From an uncultured Gammaproteobacteria bacterium (lineage in GTDB: Bacteria > Patescibacteriota > Microgenomatia > Levybacterales > UBA12049): 64,000 nucleotides of DNA. Below, piece after piece: positions 10,071-19,504 of the stretch. Under the pieces are notes generated by a model that did no database searches, had not been told where the DNA came from, and saw only the letters and a list, made by a program, of their open reading frames with translations. The stretch lies in assembly GCA_964474445.1 (NCBI GenBank), contig CAYYSJ010000001.1:270530-334529 (forward strand), given 5' to 3'. The position numbers and the translations under genes are program-made. The stretch's first letter is position 1, and every line of letters begins with the position of its first letter.

Positions 10071-10592
10071 CTACAAAAGAGGAAATGTTGCAAGCACTTT
10101 ATATTCTGCTCCTGTTGATAAAAGCTGTGACTGCAGCAATGCAAAAGAATGTACAGAAAATTGCCAATCAACGTTTTCTTCAATGTCAGTGACTGTTGCA
10201 GTCTTGTTAAGACGCGCAATTGTGGTGTGCAGTCTAAAGGGTCTTTGCTCTACTGTTTTTTGCATATGTGTTGCAATTGCCTCTCGAAGTTGCAGTAGTT
10301 CTTTTGGTGCCTCTCCAGTTACCCAAAGATATTTTGCTTTCCCTTTTGGTATAAAGAGAATATTCTGAAAGTTAACGAAAAAGGATTCCCTTGCATCTAT
10401 ATTGTGCTGTAATTTGTTAATAATCTTTGAAATATCCGTTTCTTCCCAAGGAGGAAGCAATGTAATATGAAGGTTCCCCTTTTTCATCCAACGAATACCT
10501 TCAGGAGAAAAACGATTTTGATAGTTTTTTTGCCATTTCTCAATTTTGTCTTGGAGTTCAGAAGGAAGCGGAATGCCAACAAACACTCTCAC
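10071..10592 (-). CDS. thpR: RNA 2',3'-cyclic phosphodiesterase / 2'-5' RNA ligase (2H phosphoesterase, ThpR/LigT)
   Basis: Two H-x-T/S-x motifs: GNLHITLLPP and FRLHTTIARL. Confidence 0.8.
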   Translation of the reverse strand: MRVFVGIPLPSELQDKIEKWQKNYQNRFSPEGIRWMKKGNLHITLLPPWEETDISKIINKLQHNIDARESFFVNFQNILFIPKGKAKYLWVTGEAPKELLQLREAIATHMQKTVEQRPFRLHTTIARLNKTATVTDIEENVDWQFSVHSFALLQSQLLSTGAEYKVLATFPLL

Positions 10593-10760
10593 CTTCTGAG
10601 TGTAGCGAAAAAGTACTCATACTGCAAAGTGTAGGAAAAGGGGTTGCGGAGAGATAATGGTAATTGTTATAATAACATTGCATCATTTTCCGTCCGGTCA
10701 CATCTCCTTGTTTCTCAACTGGACACTCAAAAAAAGTTTGAAAGGTATATTGTGGTTATT

Positions 10761-11069
10761 ATGGTAAGAAGACTTGTTAAAAAAATACAAAATCAAAAAC
10801 TAGTAAAAAAAGAGACGGTAAAAGGATCAGGTATGGTTGTTATGGCAAGTATTGGTCCTATTATGACCGTCCCTCAAGCATTAGAAATTTGGGTATTTAA
10901 AAGAAGTGCAGGTATTTTTATTCCAACGTGGATAACGTATTTTTTAGTCTCAATTGGTTGGCTAGTGTACGCATTCAGACGAAAAGATAAGCCACTTTTT
11001 TTTAATGCACTCGCCAATACTATTCTTAATTTACTGATCGTTACTGGAGCTACTGTTTTTCATTCCTAA
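10761..11069 (+). CDS. SemiSWEET-like PQ-loop small membrane protein, tentative
   Basis: About 100 aa, three TM helices, PQ motif in first helix (TVPQALEIW). Start could be ATG 10761 or 10833. Confidence 0.35.
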   Translation: MVRRLVKKIQNQKLVKKETVKGSGMVVMASIGPIMTVPQALEIWVFKRSAGIFIPTWITYFLVSIGWLVYAFRRKDKPLFFNALANTILNLLIVTGATVFHS

Positions 11070-11145
11070 CGGCTTTCCTTCTCCCAAGAACAACCTGATA
11101 ATTCCCTCTTGCAAAGAAAGAAAATCTTCCGTACTGTGATAGTAT

Positions 11146-11874
11146 ATGCTGAAAAAACAAAAGAAGAAGCATGTTTCTCACACAAAGAGAAAATCAGGGT
11201 ATATATACTTCAAAAAAATTTCTATCACGTTTTTTGTCGCAGTAGCATTTTATGCAACAACAACGCTTCTGTTTACCCATTCAGCCTCAAAGCCAACGTG
11301 TGCAAATTCGAAGAGCTGTGCCTCTGATTTGTCCTTAAAAATTGAGAATAATGTCCCAGGCTATTTCCAAGGAAAGAAATTGCTGCCACCGTCTATCAAC
11401 GGGACAGAGTCCTCTATACATCCCGTTCTTGGAGCACAAACATCTTCCGGTGAAAAACACATCTATGTAGATTTGGGAACTCAAACACTGTATGCCTATC
11501 AAGGCCAGACACTTATTCTCAAAACCCTCGTTGCCTCCGGTAAATGGGGAAGAACTCCTGTCGGGAACTTCCATGTTTGGGAGAAATTACGCGCTACCCG
11601 TATGAGCGGTGGAGAAGGAAGCGATGCATACGACTTACCAAATGTCCCATATGTCATGTATTTTTATCACGATTTTGGACTCCATGGCGCTTATTGGCAT
11701 GATAACTTTGGTCATCCAATGAGTCACGGGTGTGTTAATTTACGTGCTGTGGATGCAAAGATTCTTTTTGAATGGGCTGATGGACCACAGGGCAACACTC
11801 CAGGAACAGCAGTTTCTATATGTGACCAAATTACACCGACTCATCAGTGTATACAAAATAATCCAATACAATAA
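11146..11874 (+). CDS. L,D-transpeptidase (YkuD domain), membrane-anchored
   Basis: N-terminal TM. Catalytic signature HGAYWHDNFGHPMSHGCVNL (His...Ser-His-Gly-Cys). Confidence 0.85.
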   Translation: MLKKQKKKHVSHTKRKSGYIYFKKISITFFVAVAFYATTTLLFTHSASKPTCANSKSCASDLSLKIENNVPGYFQGKKLLPPSINGTESSIHPVLGAQTSSGEKHIYVDLGTQTLYAYQGQTLILKTLVASGKWGRTPVGNFHVWEKLRATRMSGGEGSDAYDLPNVPYVMYFYHDFGLHGAYWHDNFGHPMSHGCVNLRAVDAKILFEWADGPQGNTPGTAVSICDQITPTHQCIQNNPIQ

Positions 11875-11876
11875 TT

Positions 11877-12518
11877 ATGGTAAAATTACAAACTATCGAA
11901 CTTGAAACACTGTACTTCTTTATCATTGCTGCGTTTCTTGGCATGACACTTGCACTCTCATTTCATAAAAACCCCCAACACCAAACAACACCACTGCCTG
12001 TTATGCAGAATTTGCAAAGCCAGATATTGTCACCAGTGCCAACACCTCAGGAAGTTGTTTCACAGGTGACTCCTGATGGAACCAAGAAAATTACGATGAC
12101 TACCATAACAAACAAAGATCTGTCTCATGTCTATACTTTTGCTATCAGTAATGATACAGATACTGACAAGCGAACATTGTATACAATAAAGCTTCCTGCA
12201 ACAGAAAGCATGACCGTTCCTTTTAATACATGGTCTCCTGATAATATATATGTCTTTTTAGAACATCACTTTTCAGATCACACAGAAGCTCTTCTCTTTC
12301 GAGCAGATGGACAACAAATAAGAGACAGTGAAAGCTCTCTCAACGTCACAGATATTTATAACGCTCGTCAAACAGGCAATCCCTATCAGGAAACAACAGG
12401 GTGGGCATCACAAACACTCCTGATCGTTAATACGAAACTAGCCGATGGGAGTAAAGGTCCATCATATTGGGTTGAAGTTCCAAGTAAGGCAGTTATTCCT
12501 CTTTCAACAGTATTCTAG
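11877..12518 (+). CDS. membrane-anchored hypothetical protein (coupled to L,D-transpeptidase)
   Basis: Starts 3 nt after ldt stop. N-terminal TM. No recognisable domain. Confidence 0.45.
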   Translation: MVKLQTIELETLYFFIIAAFLGMTLALSFHKNPQHQTTPLPVMQNLQSQILSPVPTPQEVVSQVTPDGTKKITMTTITNKDLSHVYTFAISNDTDTDKRTLYTIKLPATESMTVPFNTWSPDNIYVFLEHHFSDHTEALLFRADGQQIRDSESSLNVTDIYNARQTGNPYQETTGWASQTLLIVNTKLADGSKGPSYWVEVPSKAVIPLSTVF

Positions 12519-12590
12519 TGTTTTTTTGAATATCCTCAATGAGATAACAGAGACTATTGAGTCACTTTTTACGAAATACAGAAAAGATTA

Positions 12591-12941
12591 TTATCTTTTG
12601 ATTGGAGCAACGGTGACATACGGTGTAATTGTCGAATTACCTGTTTGTGACGGAGTAAGTGTCACAATTGCGGTGTCATTAATCCCCTTATTACTATCTA
12701 GATGCAAAACACTCCTTACATTTTCTCTTAGGGAACTTTCTTTTGTAGAACCAAATGGCTCGTCAATGAAATGATGAACAACAAGAGAAGCAATACCGAG
12801 AAGAAAGAGTACAGCTACTATCCATTTAAGACTTTTATATGTCTCAAATAACCCTTTTGAAGATTTTGCAAAAGGTGATCGAGTTACTCTTTTTGATGCT
12901 GCCTTTTTTATCGTCTTTTTCACTACTTTTCTGCTTGCCAT
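12591..12941 (-). CDS. small membrane-anchored hypothetical protein
   Basis: Basic N-terminus, one TM helix, extracytoplasmic tail. Confidence 0.4.
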   Translation of the reverse strand: MASRKVVKKTIKKAASKRVTRSPFAKSSKGLFETYKSLKWIVAVLFLLGIASLVVHHFIDEPFGSTKESSLRENVRSVLHLDSNKGINDTAIVTLTPSQTGNSTITPYVTVAPIKR

Positions 12942-13081
12942 AATAAAATCATGACAAAAGAGAAATATCTTGTCAATATCTTTTTAGAAACATCTTATAG
13001 AGAGGCAATGCTGTATGTGGAAGATTGTAGACGTGCAATTTTTCTTACGTATACACAACGTTTTACAGTATTTTTTCAATA

Positions 13082-13474
13082 CTACCCCTTAATATCTTGA
13101 AGAACAGAGAGAATATTCCCGGCAGGATCTTTGAACCATGCTATATCAGGCCCCTGGTTAGCAGAAAGACCTCGAGCGATACCTTTCTCATCTTGCTTAA
13201 ATGGAAAACCCTCATAACGCTCAAATGTAACACCTTTTTTTGTTAACTCATCTACCGCTTCGTCAATATTCGTAACAACAAAATTCAAAATAGTAAAAGT
13301 TGCTGGTTCATGGTTTTCTTTTGGGTAAGCAAATACCTGAGCACCACCAGGTAAATGGATTTGTAGTCCCATCCCATTGTCCTCTACTTCAAGCCCAAGA
13401 ACAGTTGTGTAAAATTCTTTTGCTTTCTCTAGACTATCTACTGAAAAGCCACTGAATGCTCCTACTACTTTCAT
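13082..13474 (-). CDS. VOC family protein (glyoxalase/bleomycin-resistance fold)
   Basis: 130 aa, paired beta-alpha-beta-beta-beta modules, typical [12 protein letters not shown] and WFKDPAGN segments. Confidence 0.7.
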   Translation of the reverse strand: MKVVGAFSGFSVDSLEKAKEFYTTVLGLEVEDNGMGLQIHLPGGAQVFAYPKENHEPATFTILNFVVTNIDEAVDELTKKGVTFERYEGFPFKQDEKGIARGLSANQGPDIAWFKDPAGNILSVLQDIKG

Positions 13475-13607
13475 TGTATTCTCAGTATATCATACTGAGA
13501 CGAGTGGTGCCATATCATGAAGATAGGTAAACACTACACATTATTCCTGCAAAGCAAGGAAGCATATAATACGTAGATTTCTTACTAACTTTTGCTAGAC
13601 TAGAGAG

Positions 13608-14183
13608 ATGACGGGACGAACACATGACTTAGCAGCATTTACTGCCATTAACTATATTGTTGCAACATTTCCTCTCATACATATGAGTCTTGGAACAGCT
13701 TTTGTTGCCTTCTCTGCAAATTTGATAGGAGGACTAACCCCAGACATTGATCAACCCACAGCAGATTTATGGCATAAACTTCCTGGCGGAACCCTTTATA
13801 GTAGATTAATCACTCCTTTTCTTGGAGGACATCGATACATTTCCCACTCCCTTTTAGGAATTTTCCTTTTTGGATGGATAGTACAATGGCTTCTCAATCT
13901 AGCAAGCAACACACTCCTTGTTGATACTCATATTGTCTGGTGGTCTTTTATGATTGCGTATATCTCCCACGTCGTTATGGATACATTCACTAAAGAAGGG
14001 GTACCTTGGCTTTTCCCAATTCCAATAAAATTTGGTATTCCCCCACTTTCATTTTTGCGTATCAAAACAGGAGGGTTTATAGAAAAATATATTGTCTTCC
14101 CATCGCTTATTCTTCTTAATGGTATGATTATTTACACGCATTACTCCAAATATATCTCCTTTTTCCACCTATATATTCGCTAA
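13608..14183 (+). CDS. membrane-bound metal-dependent hydrolase, YdjM/DUF457 family
   Basis: N-terminal M-x-x-RTHD motif, conserved His/Asp in TM helices. Family is LexA-regulated in Bacillus. Confidence 0.65.
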   Translation: MTGRTHDLAAFTAINYIVATFPLIHMSLGTAFVAFSANLIGGLTPDIDQPTADLWHKLPGGTLYSRLITPFLGGHRYISHSLLGIFLFGWIVQWLLNLASNTLLVDTHIVWWSFMIAYISHVVMDTFTKEGVPWLFPIPIKFGIPPLSFLRIKTGGFIEKYIVFPSLILLNGMIIYTHYSKYISFFHLYIR

Positions 14184-14340
14184 CAACGTTGAAGAGTTTT
14201 CAAGACAGGATCCTTAAAGGAGCAGAAAACATTTATGCAGCATTTTCAGGGTTAACTTTTCATTTCTCCTTAGAAAAAGTCAAATAAGAATCTTCCACAC
14301 ATGCTACACACTTCTTAAACTTTACTTTTATACTGTTTTT

Positions 14341-14961
14341 ATGAAAAAGTCAGGTGTTATATTTATTGCTACCAAGCTAAAATCACCTGGTTGGAAAACA
14401 CTCTTATCTTTGGTGGTTTTCTCTTGTCTCGTATTTTTCACCTTCCAAAAATTTGTTATCAAAGACTCACATAAAGCGATGGCCCAATACTCACAAAATG
14501 TTGTGACTATGCAAAATTTGCAATTTATTCCTTCCCAAATTACTATTCCTGCTGGAGAAACAATTACATGGAACAATCAAGATAGTGTTCCTCATACAGT
14601 AACCTTAGATAATGGTTCTTGGGATTCAGGTGTAGTACAACCTGGGCACTCTGTCTCTACGATGTTTCCTACCCAAGGGACATACACCTATCACTGTCGA
14701 ATTCACCCATTTATGCATGGGAATATCGTTGTAACAAATGCACTTTCACCAACAACTCCTTCAAATCCATACCTTCCACAAGGGCAAATTCCTCAACCAT
14801 ATAACTACTCGAGCGGTCCTGTTTCGATTCCAGCAAGAACTGCAGCAAGAACTGTTAGACAGTCCCAACACCAATCACAATCTGTAACTGTTAACTCATC
14901 AACAGCATCCATGAGCATTGAGCAAAGCCAATCACAGTCACAATCAATAGGTGACCCATAA
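14341..14961 (+). CDS. cupredoxin (type-1 blue copper protein), membrane-anchored, SQ-rich C-terminal tail
   Basis: PHTV...YHCRIHPFMHGNIV gives the His...Cys-x2-His-x2-Met type-1 copper ligand set. N-terminal TM helix. C-terminal QSQSQS low complexity. Confidence 0.75.
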   Translation: MKKSGVIFIATKLKSPGWKTLLSLVVFSCLVFFTFQKFVIKDSHKAMAQYSQNVVTMQNLQFIPSQITIPAGETITWNNQDSVPHTVTLDNGSWDSGVVQPGHSVSTMFPTQGTYTYHCRIHPFMHGNIVVTNALSPTTPSNPYLPQGQIPQPYNYSSGPVSIPARTAARTVRQSQHQSQSVTVNSSTASMSIEQSQSQSQSIGDP

Positions 14962-15004
14962 AGGTTTTTTACTCATCCCTTAATACATTTCCTCCACAAC
15001 AACA

Positions 15005-16126
15005 TCACTCTACCAAAAGCTTTCTTTTGAAGAGGTATAATACAAGAAGCAAAACCGCTATGATAAGTGGCAAAATAAAGAAATACTGCAAGTGAGAGAG
15101 CGTCAGGTAAACTGTTGTAAAAACAACCATCCTCCCTAAAACCGTTGGTATTTCCCGTAGAATAAGAAATTCTTCCTCACTATCATTTTTAATTGTTTTA
15201 TAAATTGTACTAAAATAGGTAACAAGGAAAAAGTTGAGAACAAATGAACCAGCAAGACTAAGTGCATATGCCCCAAATGGATTTGTGGTAAAAATTTTAA
15301 AGAGTGTTACAACAAGCAGAAAAAATGCTGCGACAGGAATAAGTTTTCGGCTATGCTGATTCGCATACTTACCAACCAGTAACGTAAAGACAGATCCTCC
15401 AATTGCTTCAAGACTACCAACGATACCTGGTGTAGACAAAGACCCTATGATAACAAACACATACACACCCCAAAACCAGTCTGATTCTTCAATCATGTTA
15501 TCCAAGAATTCAAAGAGAAAAAGTGTTTTATTTCGAACAAATCTGCTCCATGCTTTTTTAAAGTTCAATGATACAGTTACTTCTGAACCCTGCAGTGATA
15601 GAAGCGGTACAAAAGAAACAAGAAGTCCAACTACAGTCAACACAAACACAGGCCAAAAACCAAAGATGGGAATAAGAAGAGCCCCAAGGAGAGGACCAAT
15701 AATGCCAAAGAGATTTGGCAAGGCAAAAAATTTTGAGACAGCACTACCCATTTGTTTATGGTCTGCATATTTCACGAGGAAAATATTCATTGGTATCCAA
15801 TATGCAAAAAGTGCAAGACCATTTACGAGTGCAATAAGCTCTGGAGGAAAATGGTATGTCTTTACAAGCGCAAGCAATATAAAAGAAAGTATTTGCAGTG
15901 GATAATACAGCTTAAAGGTATTTAACAGTCCCCAACGCTGAACAAGCGGGACAAAAAGGAAAAGGCCAAAGAGAAGTCCGATTGCATGATTAATAATGAA
16001 AAATAATATGACGCGAGAAAGAGGAAATCCAAGACTCAGTAAATAGGCCGGAATATAAACACTTATGATTGATGAAGCAATCTTATTTATTGTATGTGCC
16101 GCATAGACTTTTTTTACATTGACCAT
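15005..16126 (-). CDS. MFS-type transporter, tentative
   Basis: 373 aa, about 12 TM helices in 6+6 arrangement. No diagnostic motif confirmed. Confidence 0.5.
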   Translation of the reverse strand: MVNVKKVYAAHTINKIASSIISVYIPAYLLSLGFPLSRVILFFIINHAIGLLFGLFLFVPLVQRWGLLNTFKLYYPLQILSFILLALVKTYHFPPELIALVNGLALFAYWIPMNIFLVKYADHKQMGSAVSKFFALPNLFGIIGPLLGALLIPIFGFWPVFVLTVVGLLVSFVPLLSLQGSEVTVSLNFKKAWSRFVRNKTLFLFEFLDNMIEESDWFWGVYVFVIIGSLSTPGIVGSLEAIGGSVFTLLVGKYANQHSRKLIPVAAFFLLVVTLFKIFTTNPFGAYALSLAGSFVLNFFLVTYFSTIYKTIKNDSEEEFLILREIPTVLGRMVVFTTVYLTLSHLQYFFILPLIIAVLLLVLYLFKRKLLVE

Positions 16127-16235
16127 ACTGTCATTATATCTAAACTATTTTCACTTTTCTTTTTCTTTTAGAACTCATACCAGAAATTCATTGTTTTATC
16201 AGGTAACCTTCAGAATCGAGCAGTATAACACAGGC

Positions 16236-17087
16236 ATGAATTTTCTGAATGCTTTGACAGCCGCTCTTCTTTCGCTCTTTCTTCTTCTTTCAAATACCCC
16301 TCAAGCACAACCTATACAACAAACAACAAGCCAGACAACTGCACCAACTCTTGCAAAAGCACAAAATAGTGATACATCACGTAATTGGGCAGGCTACACA
16401 GCAGACAGTGGTACTTATACAGGGGTTAGTGGGACATGGACAGTTCCTTTAATAAAGGATACCAGCCAAGTAGGTGCTGATGCAACATGGGTTGGTATCG
16501 GTGGGGTAACAACAAACGATCTTATCCAGGCCGGAACACAAGCGACAGTGGATGAGCAGGGAAACGTCAGTTATGGCGCATTTTATGAAGACTTACCGCA
16601 CCCCTCACGACCTCTTCTTAACCTTACTGTCCACGCTGGAGACACTATGTCTGTTTCAGTACAAAAAACAAAAGATACTTCTTGGAATATTCAGGTAAAA
16701 AATACTACGACCGGGAAAAGTGCATCAGTGAGTCTTCCTTATAGTTCTTCATTTTCTTCCGCTGAATGGATCGAAGAAGCCCCAACAGGTATTCATCATG
16801 TTATCCCCTTGGACAATTTTGGTAAAGTTTACATTACCAACGCAAATGCAATACACAATGGTCGAAATGTTACTTTACAAGAAGCACATGCAAGACCTAT
16901 TGCAATGAATGGACCCTCAGGAACAATACTTGCTGAAGCATCTGTTATCAATACTGACGGTGCAGGATTTACTGTCTCAAGAACTGATGGGGCAGTCTCA
17001 GAAGAGCCAAAGATAGAAACTGTCTACCCGATACCTCACGGAATACCTCTTTTTGTAAAAAAACACATTTTCCGATTTGGATATTAA
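16236..17087 (+). CDS. secreted peptidase G1 (eqolisin / glutamic peptidase, Peptidase_A4)-like protein
   Basis: Signal peptide from internal Met (MNFLNALTAALLSLFLLL). SRNWAGY...GTWTVP N-terminal motif, WVGIGG, and SAEWIEE matching the catalytic-Glu AEWIVE region of eqolisins. Confidence 0.55.
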   Translation: MNFLNALTAALLSLFLLLSNTPQAQPIQQTTSQTTAPTLAKAQNSDTSRNWAGYTADSGTYTGVSGTWTVPLIKDTSQVGADATWVGIGGVTTNDLIQAGTQATVDEQGNVSYGAFYEDLPHPSRPLLNLTVHAGDTMSVSVQKTKDTSWNIQVKNTTTGKSASVSLPYSSSFSSAEWIEEAPTGIHHVIPLDNFGKVYITNANAIHNGRNVTLQEAHARPIAMNGPSGTILAEASVINTDGAGFTVSRTDGAVSEEPKIETVYPIPHGIPLFVKKHIFRFGY

Positions 17088-17328
17088 AACACAATAGCTC
17101 TTTTCCTTGGCATGTCTCTAAAAAGGCCCCTCGGACTCCAAACTATCATTACCATTCTCCCACCCGTTCGACGTGTCTAACTCTAATTTTTGTTTAATAT
17201 TTAACATATTTTTATTTTTTTGTCATATTTATCAAAATTTTTGACAATGGTTATAGTGAGCGTGTATAAATGCCTCATTATGGAAAGTAAAAAGATTACC
17301 TGGTCCTGAACATTTATCTCGCAAACTC

Positions 17329-17622
17329 TTGAAATTATTATCTTCAGAACAATATGAGATAGTAAAACGATCACGTATTAAAGGGACAAGAAAAGTGTGG
17401 GGACTTCACGACGATATTAATGGTCGTCTCATTGTCAGAAGAGGACTACTCCCTAGTGAGGAACGCCGGACACTTATTCATGAAGGAATTCATGCATTAT
17501 ATCCTCCTGAAGAGTATCCTCATGCAACTGAAGAAGCAGTTGAAGAAAGAACCCTACAGGTTGATCGGCATATTGGGCATAGAAGGAAAAGAAGATTTGA
17601 ATATTTTTTACCACCTGATTAA
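17329..17622 (+). CDS. small HExxH-motif protein (putative mini zincin), TTG start
   Basis: HEGIH motif. No in-frame ATG upstream. Promoter-like TTGACA-N18-TATAAAT at 17246-17270. Confidence 0.3.
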   Translation: MKLLSSEQYEIVKRSRIKGTRKVWGLHDDINGRLIVRRGLLPSEERRTLIHEGIHALYPPEEYPHATEEAVEERTLQVDRHIGHRRKRRFEYFLPPD

Positions 17623-17624
17623 AT

Positions 17625-18137
17625 CTAGAGGACTGCTTTTACTTTTTCTACAAACTCACCGACTCCACCCTCTGCCATTCCCTTCAGAAGGTCTGCAGTT
17701 TTTCTTTCCTCATTGTAATTTTCCTCCAGCATGTCGGCAACTTCATCCATACCCATTTTTTTTGCCAACGTCATTGCAGACTCATATGCAGCTATTTCGT
17801 AATGTTCAACTTTTTCACTACCACCAATAATAACGCTATCTTTTAGTTGCGGATTGCTTATTTCCTTTAGTTCCATCTTTTCTTCTTCTAAAATTCCTTT
17901 CATCCCCATATCTTGCTTTCCATCAAATGTAATGTCAATTTCTGCGCCCACATCCTCAAGTCTTTTCGCATGATTTTTTGTTTCTTCAAGATGATCGCTC
18001 AGGGTTCGTTTTAAATTATCTGACTGTGCATTGTTAACAAATTCTGGAAGCACCGTGATAAGTTGATTTTCAATGCTATAGAGTTTTTGAAGTTCACTTT
18101 GAAATAAATCATCTGCTGATGAGATTTGCATATTCAC
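17625..18137 (-). CDS. ferritin-like DUF892 (YciF-like) protein
   Basis: ELQKLYSIENQL... four-helix ferritin-like pattern typical of the DUF892/YciF family. Confidence 0.7.
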   Translation of the reverse strand: MNMQISSADDLFQSELQKLYSIENQLITVLPEFVNNAQSDNLKRTLSDHLEETKNHAKRLEDVGAEIDITFDGKQDMGMKGILEEEKMELKEISNPQLKDSVIIGGSEKVEHYEIAAYESAMTLAKKMGMDEVADMLEENYNEERKTADLLKGMAEGGVGEFVEKVKAVL

Positions 18138-18280
18138 AGATTAGCTTCCAAAAACAACATTTAGGACATGAATATGTGGGAGTAAGGAAAGAAATACAGT
18201 ATGAACATTGCATATTACTTTTATATTCTTTGAAGATAAATTCTCAGTTCTTGGTGCACCCAAGAACTGTTTCACATTGT

Positions 18281-18589
18281 TTATTGGGATCCGTTAACAG
18301 AGTGATGCTGCCACGGTGCTTGCCCCGCATTCTCTTGTGCCTCCCATTGAGCACTCTCTCTTGCTTCATGCGCAGGGTTTTCATTAGACTTAAATGTCCC
18401 TTGCGCTGCATTGCTGCCTGAGCTACTCTGAGCAGGAGTAGAAGGACTTGACGGTGCTGGAGTTGTAGAGACTGATTGCGCATTCGCAGAGTTTGCCCTC
18501 AACGCACTTCCCCCAGCTGCTCCCACAAGTAGTGCAATTGCAACCATTGCAGTTACTGCACCTTTCTTGCTTATATCTTGTACATTCAT
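18281..18589 (-). CDS. small secreted Ser/Pro/Thr-rich protein
   Basis: Start taken at internal ATG with strong SD GAAAGGAGGTG. Signal peptide followed by STTPAPSSPSTPAQSSSGS. Confidence 0.45.
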   Translation of the reverse strand: MNVQDISKKGAVTAMVAIALLVGAAGGSALRANSANAQSVSTTPAPSSPSTPAQSSSGSNAAQGTFKSNENPAHEARESAQWEAQENAGQAPWQHHSVNGSQ

Positions 18590-18682
18590 TGAATCACCTC
18601 CTTTCTTTTTACACTCTATCACCCTATTCTGAAATATTGCTTAAAGTCATTTATCAACAAAGAAAGAAAATTATATAATGAT

Positions 18683-18937
18683 TTATAACTTGTGAGGGTC
18701 TAAAACTCTATGACGTCTTTTCAATTCCTCAACCACAGTTGGACCCAGGACCTTTGATGCCATTTGTTCTAATCCAGGATCTCCCTTCTCTGTACTCTTT
18801 CCATCGTCAGGGCGATGTAATACTTGCTCATGAAACATTATCGCCATTGTTCTTTTACGATGATTTCCTGGATCCCTTAGCCCTAAAGCAAGAAATGCAT
18901 CACTAATAAAATCTCCTTCTCCTTGTTTATCTGACAT
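18683..18937 (-). CDS. hypothetical protein
   Basis: 84-aa ORF with no recognisable motif. Confidence 0.35.
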   Translation of the reverse strand: MSDKQGEGDFISDAFLALGLRDPGNHRKRTMAIMFHEQVLHRPDDGKSTEKGDPGLEQMASKVLGPTVVEELKRRHRVLDPHKL

Positions 18938-19014
18938 AATTTAGAGATTTTAACGTATCAAGATAGAAAAGTCAAAAATGCTCCTCATTGCAACTTTATA
19001 TCCTTGGAAATATT

Positions 19015-19041
19015 AAAAAAGCACCTTTCTCTTAGGTGCTT
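19015..19041 (-). terminator. Rho-independent terminator (minus strand)
   Basis: aagcacct-ttctctt-aggtgctt hairpin followed by a T6 run on the minus strand, about 460 nt downstream of the ftsZ stop. Confidence 0.45.
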
Positions 19042-19504
19042 AATAAAGATTAGCTTGTAGCAGTAATTAGTTTTTATATTTTAAGCAGGGTTTCTGGAGA
19101 CAAGGATTACTTTTAAATCTAATGTGACTTAAACACCAACAACCAATTTAACACCTTCTTAAGTCTTTAAAAGATTGGAGACATCTAAATTTTGTTATGA
19201 TCTTCCTTGTAACGTAATGTTTGAAGAATGCTCTTTACTGAAAATATTCTTCCAGAAGTTATATTATGCGATTTCGTCCTTGACCAGTATCTTATTCGAA
19301 AGGAGAAATGACACCTGGATTTTCTTTAGTCCCTCTTCTTCGGACATCTTTTGCAAGACGTCTATTCCGATTACCTTCCTTCTTGTATATTCTCTGGATA
19401 TATTCCTTAACTCTCTCTAAGATTATCATAGTTTATAGATTTTACTATATTATAAGTCTATTTGCAAGGGATATCATAAAAAGTTATCTGAAGAAACGAG
19501 AGGT

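Noticed and set aside
9554-10219. Full 221-aa ORF including an 80-aa N-terminal extension
   Set aside because: The extension overlaps the ThpR gene by 149 nt on the same strand and has no DUF2267 similarity. An internal Met start (9978) is more plausible.
15447-15905. 152-aa plus-strand ORF within the MFS-like transporter gene
   Set aside because: Antisense shadow ORF.
17420-17830. 136-aa plus-strand ORF overlapping both the HExxH ORF and the DUF892 gene
   Set aside because: Compositionally junk-like (Leu/Phe/His-rich), and antisense to the well-supported DUF892 gene.
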